Below, in pieces: positions 63,767 to 64,000 of a stretch of DNA of 64,000 nt (within the stretch, counting starts at the first letter, position 1; each line of letters starts with the position of its first letter). This DNA is from Candidatus Cloacimonadota bacterium (GTDB lineage Bacteria; Cloacimonadota; Cloacimonadia; G963667145): contig OY781092.1 in assembly GCA_963676615.1 (NCBI GenBank), forward strand, positions 832,001 to 896,000, written 5' to 3'. Both the position numbers and the translations under genes were made by a program. Under the pieces are notes generated by a model. That model was not told the DNA's origin. It made no database searches and saw only the letters and a program-made list of their open reading frames with translations.

Positions 63767-64000
63767 TCAATTGTAGCTTATCAATTGCCTACAAGCCTCC
63801 ACCACATCCGAAGCGTCTTTGCAGTAGTGGCAGCCATAACTCTCCGCCAACTCTCTGTTCATCGAAGCTCCCCCAGCTATCACAGGACAATCCAGACCCT
63901 GCTCGTGCAGATATTTTTTCGTCGCTTCCACCTGCCCCACAGTCGTGGTCATCATTGCCGAAAGTCCCAAAACATCTGGGCGATGCTCACGCACTTTTTC
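63767..64000 (-). CDS. C-terminal cobalamin-binding domain (corrinoid protein / methionine synthase-like), 5'-partial
   Basis: PDVLGLSAMMTTT and VIAGGA motifs of the B12-binding fold; ORF runs off the window end. Confidence 0.8.
   Translation of the reverse strand, partial: EKVREHRPDVLGLSAMMTTTVGQVEATKKYLHEQGLDCPVIAGGASMNRELAESYGCHYCKDASDVVEACRQLISYN

Larger units (their letters stand above)
62222..63788. repeat. Modular repeat cluster 6 (IR22 arm, REP doublet, heptamers) interrupted by IS copy 3
   Basis: Removing the IS restores REP1-spacer-REP2-heptamers, as at 13677-13860. Confidence 0.88.

Overview
64-kb window from an anaerobic, probably Gram-negative bacterium. The gene repertoire (LptE-like lipoprotein, PFOR, Aas-like ligases beside NUDIX/MscS/CinA, Fn3-FGE lipoprotein) is reminiscent of Candidatus Cloacimonadota, but that is only an inference. 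Almost all real genes are on the minus strand. Left arm (1-10.9 kb): putative purine-catabolism cluster with a DUF2877 gene missing from the ORF track, an NCS2 permease, two three-subunit molybdenum-hydroxylase sets and an acyl-CoA carboxyltransferase. Right arm (31.6-64 kb): cinA, MscS, NUDIX, four tandem Aas-like acyl ligases, glmS, NifU-C, gatA, gpmI, a pseudouridine synthase, LptE, a CIRCE-preceded grpE-isf-isf-adh-dnaK-dnaJ cluster, PFOR, livKHMGF and a partial B12-binding gene. Between them (11.0-31.6 kb, with outposts at 57.3 and 62.2-63.8 kb) is an accessory region whose intergenic DNA is a polar mosaic of reusable modules. These are: dRS3/REP-like palindrome doublets; a 24-nt hairpin (16 copies, one orientation); 7-bp microsatellites; a 15-16-bp inverted repeat with a fixed 22-bp spacer; and several ~150-160-nt closed domains with compensatory base changes. 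The modules surround surface-protein genes, three IS256 copies, and two identical small GIY-YIG nuclease genes that bracket a perfect 3 x 211-bp array. The best candidate for an undescribed system is this GIY-YIG-associated palindromic repeat / structured-element mosaic. No mechanism can be proven from sequence alone.
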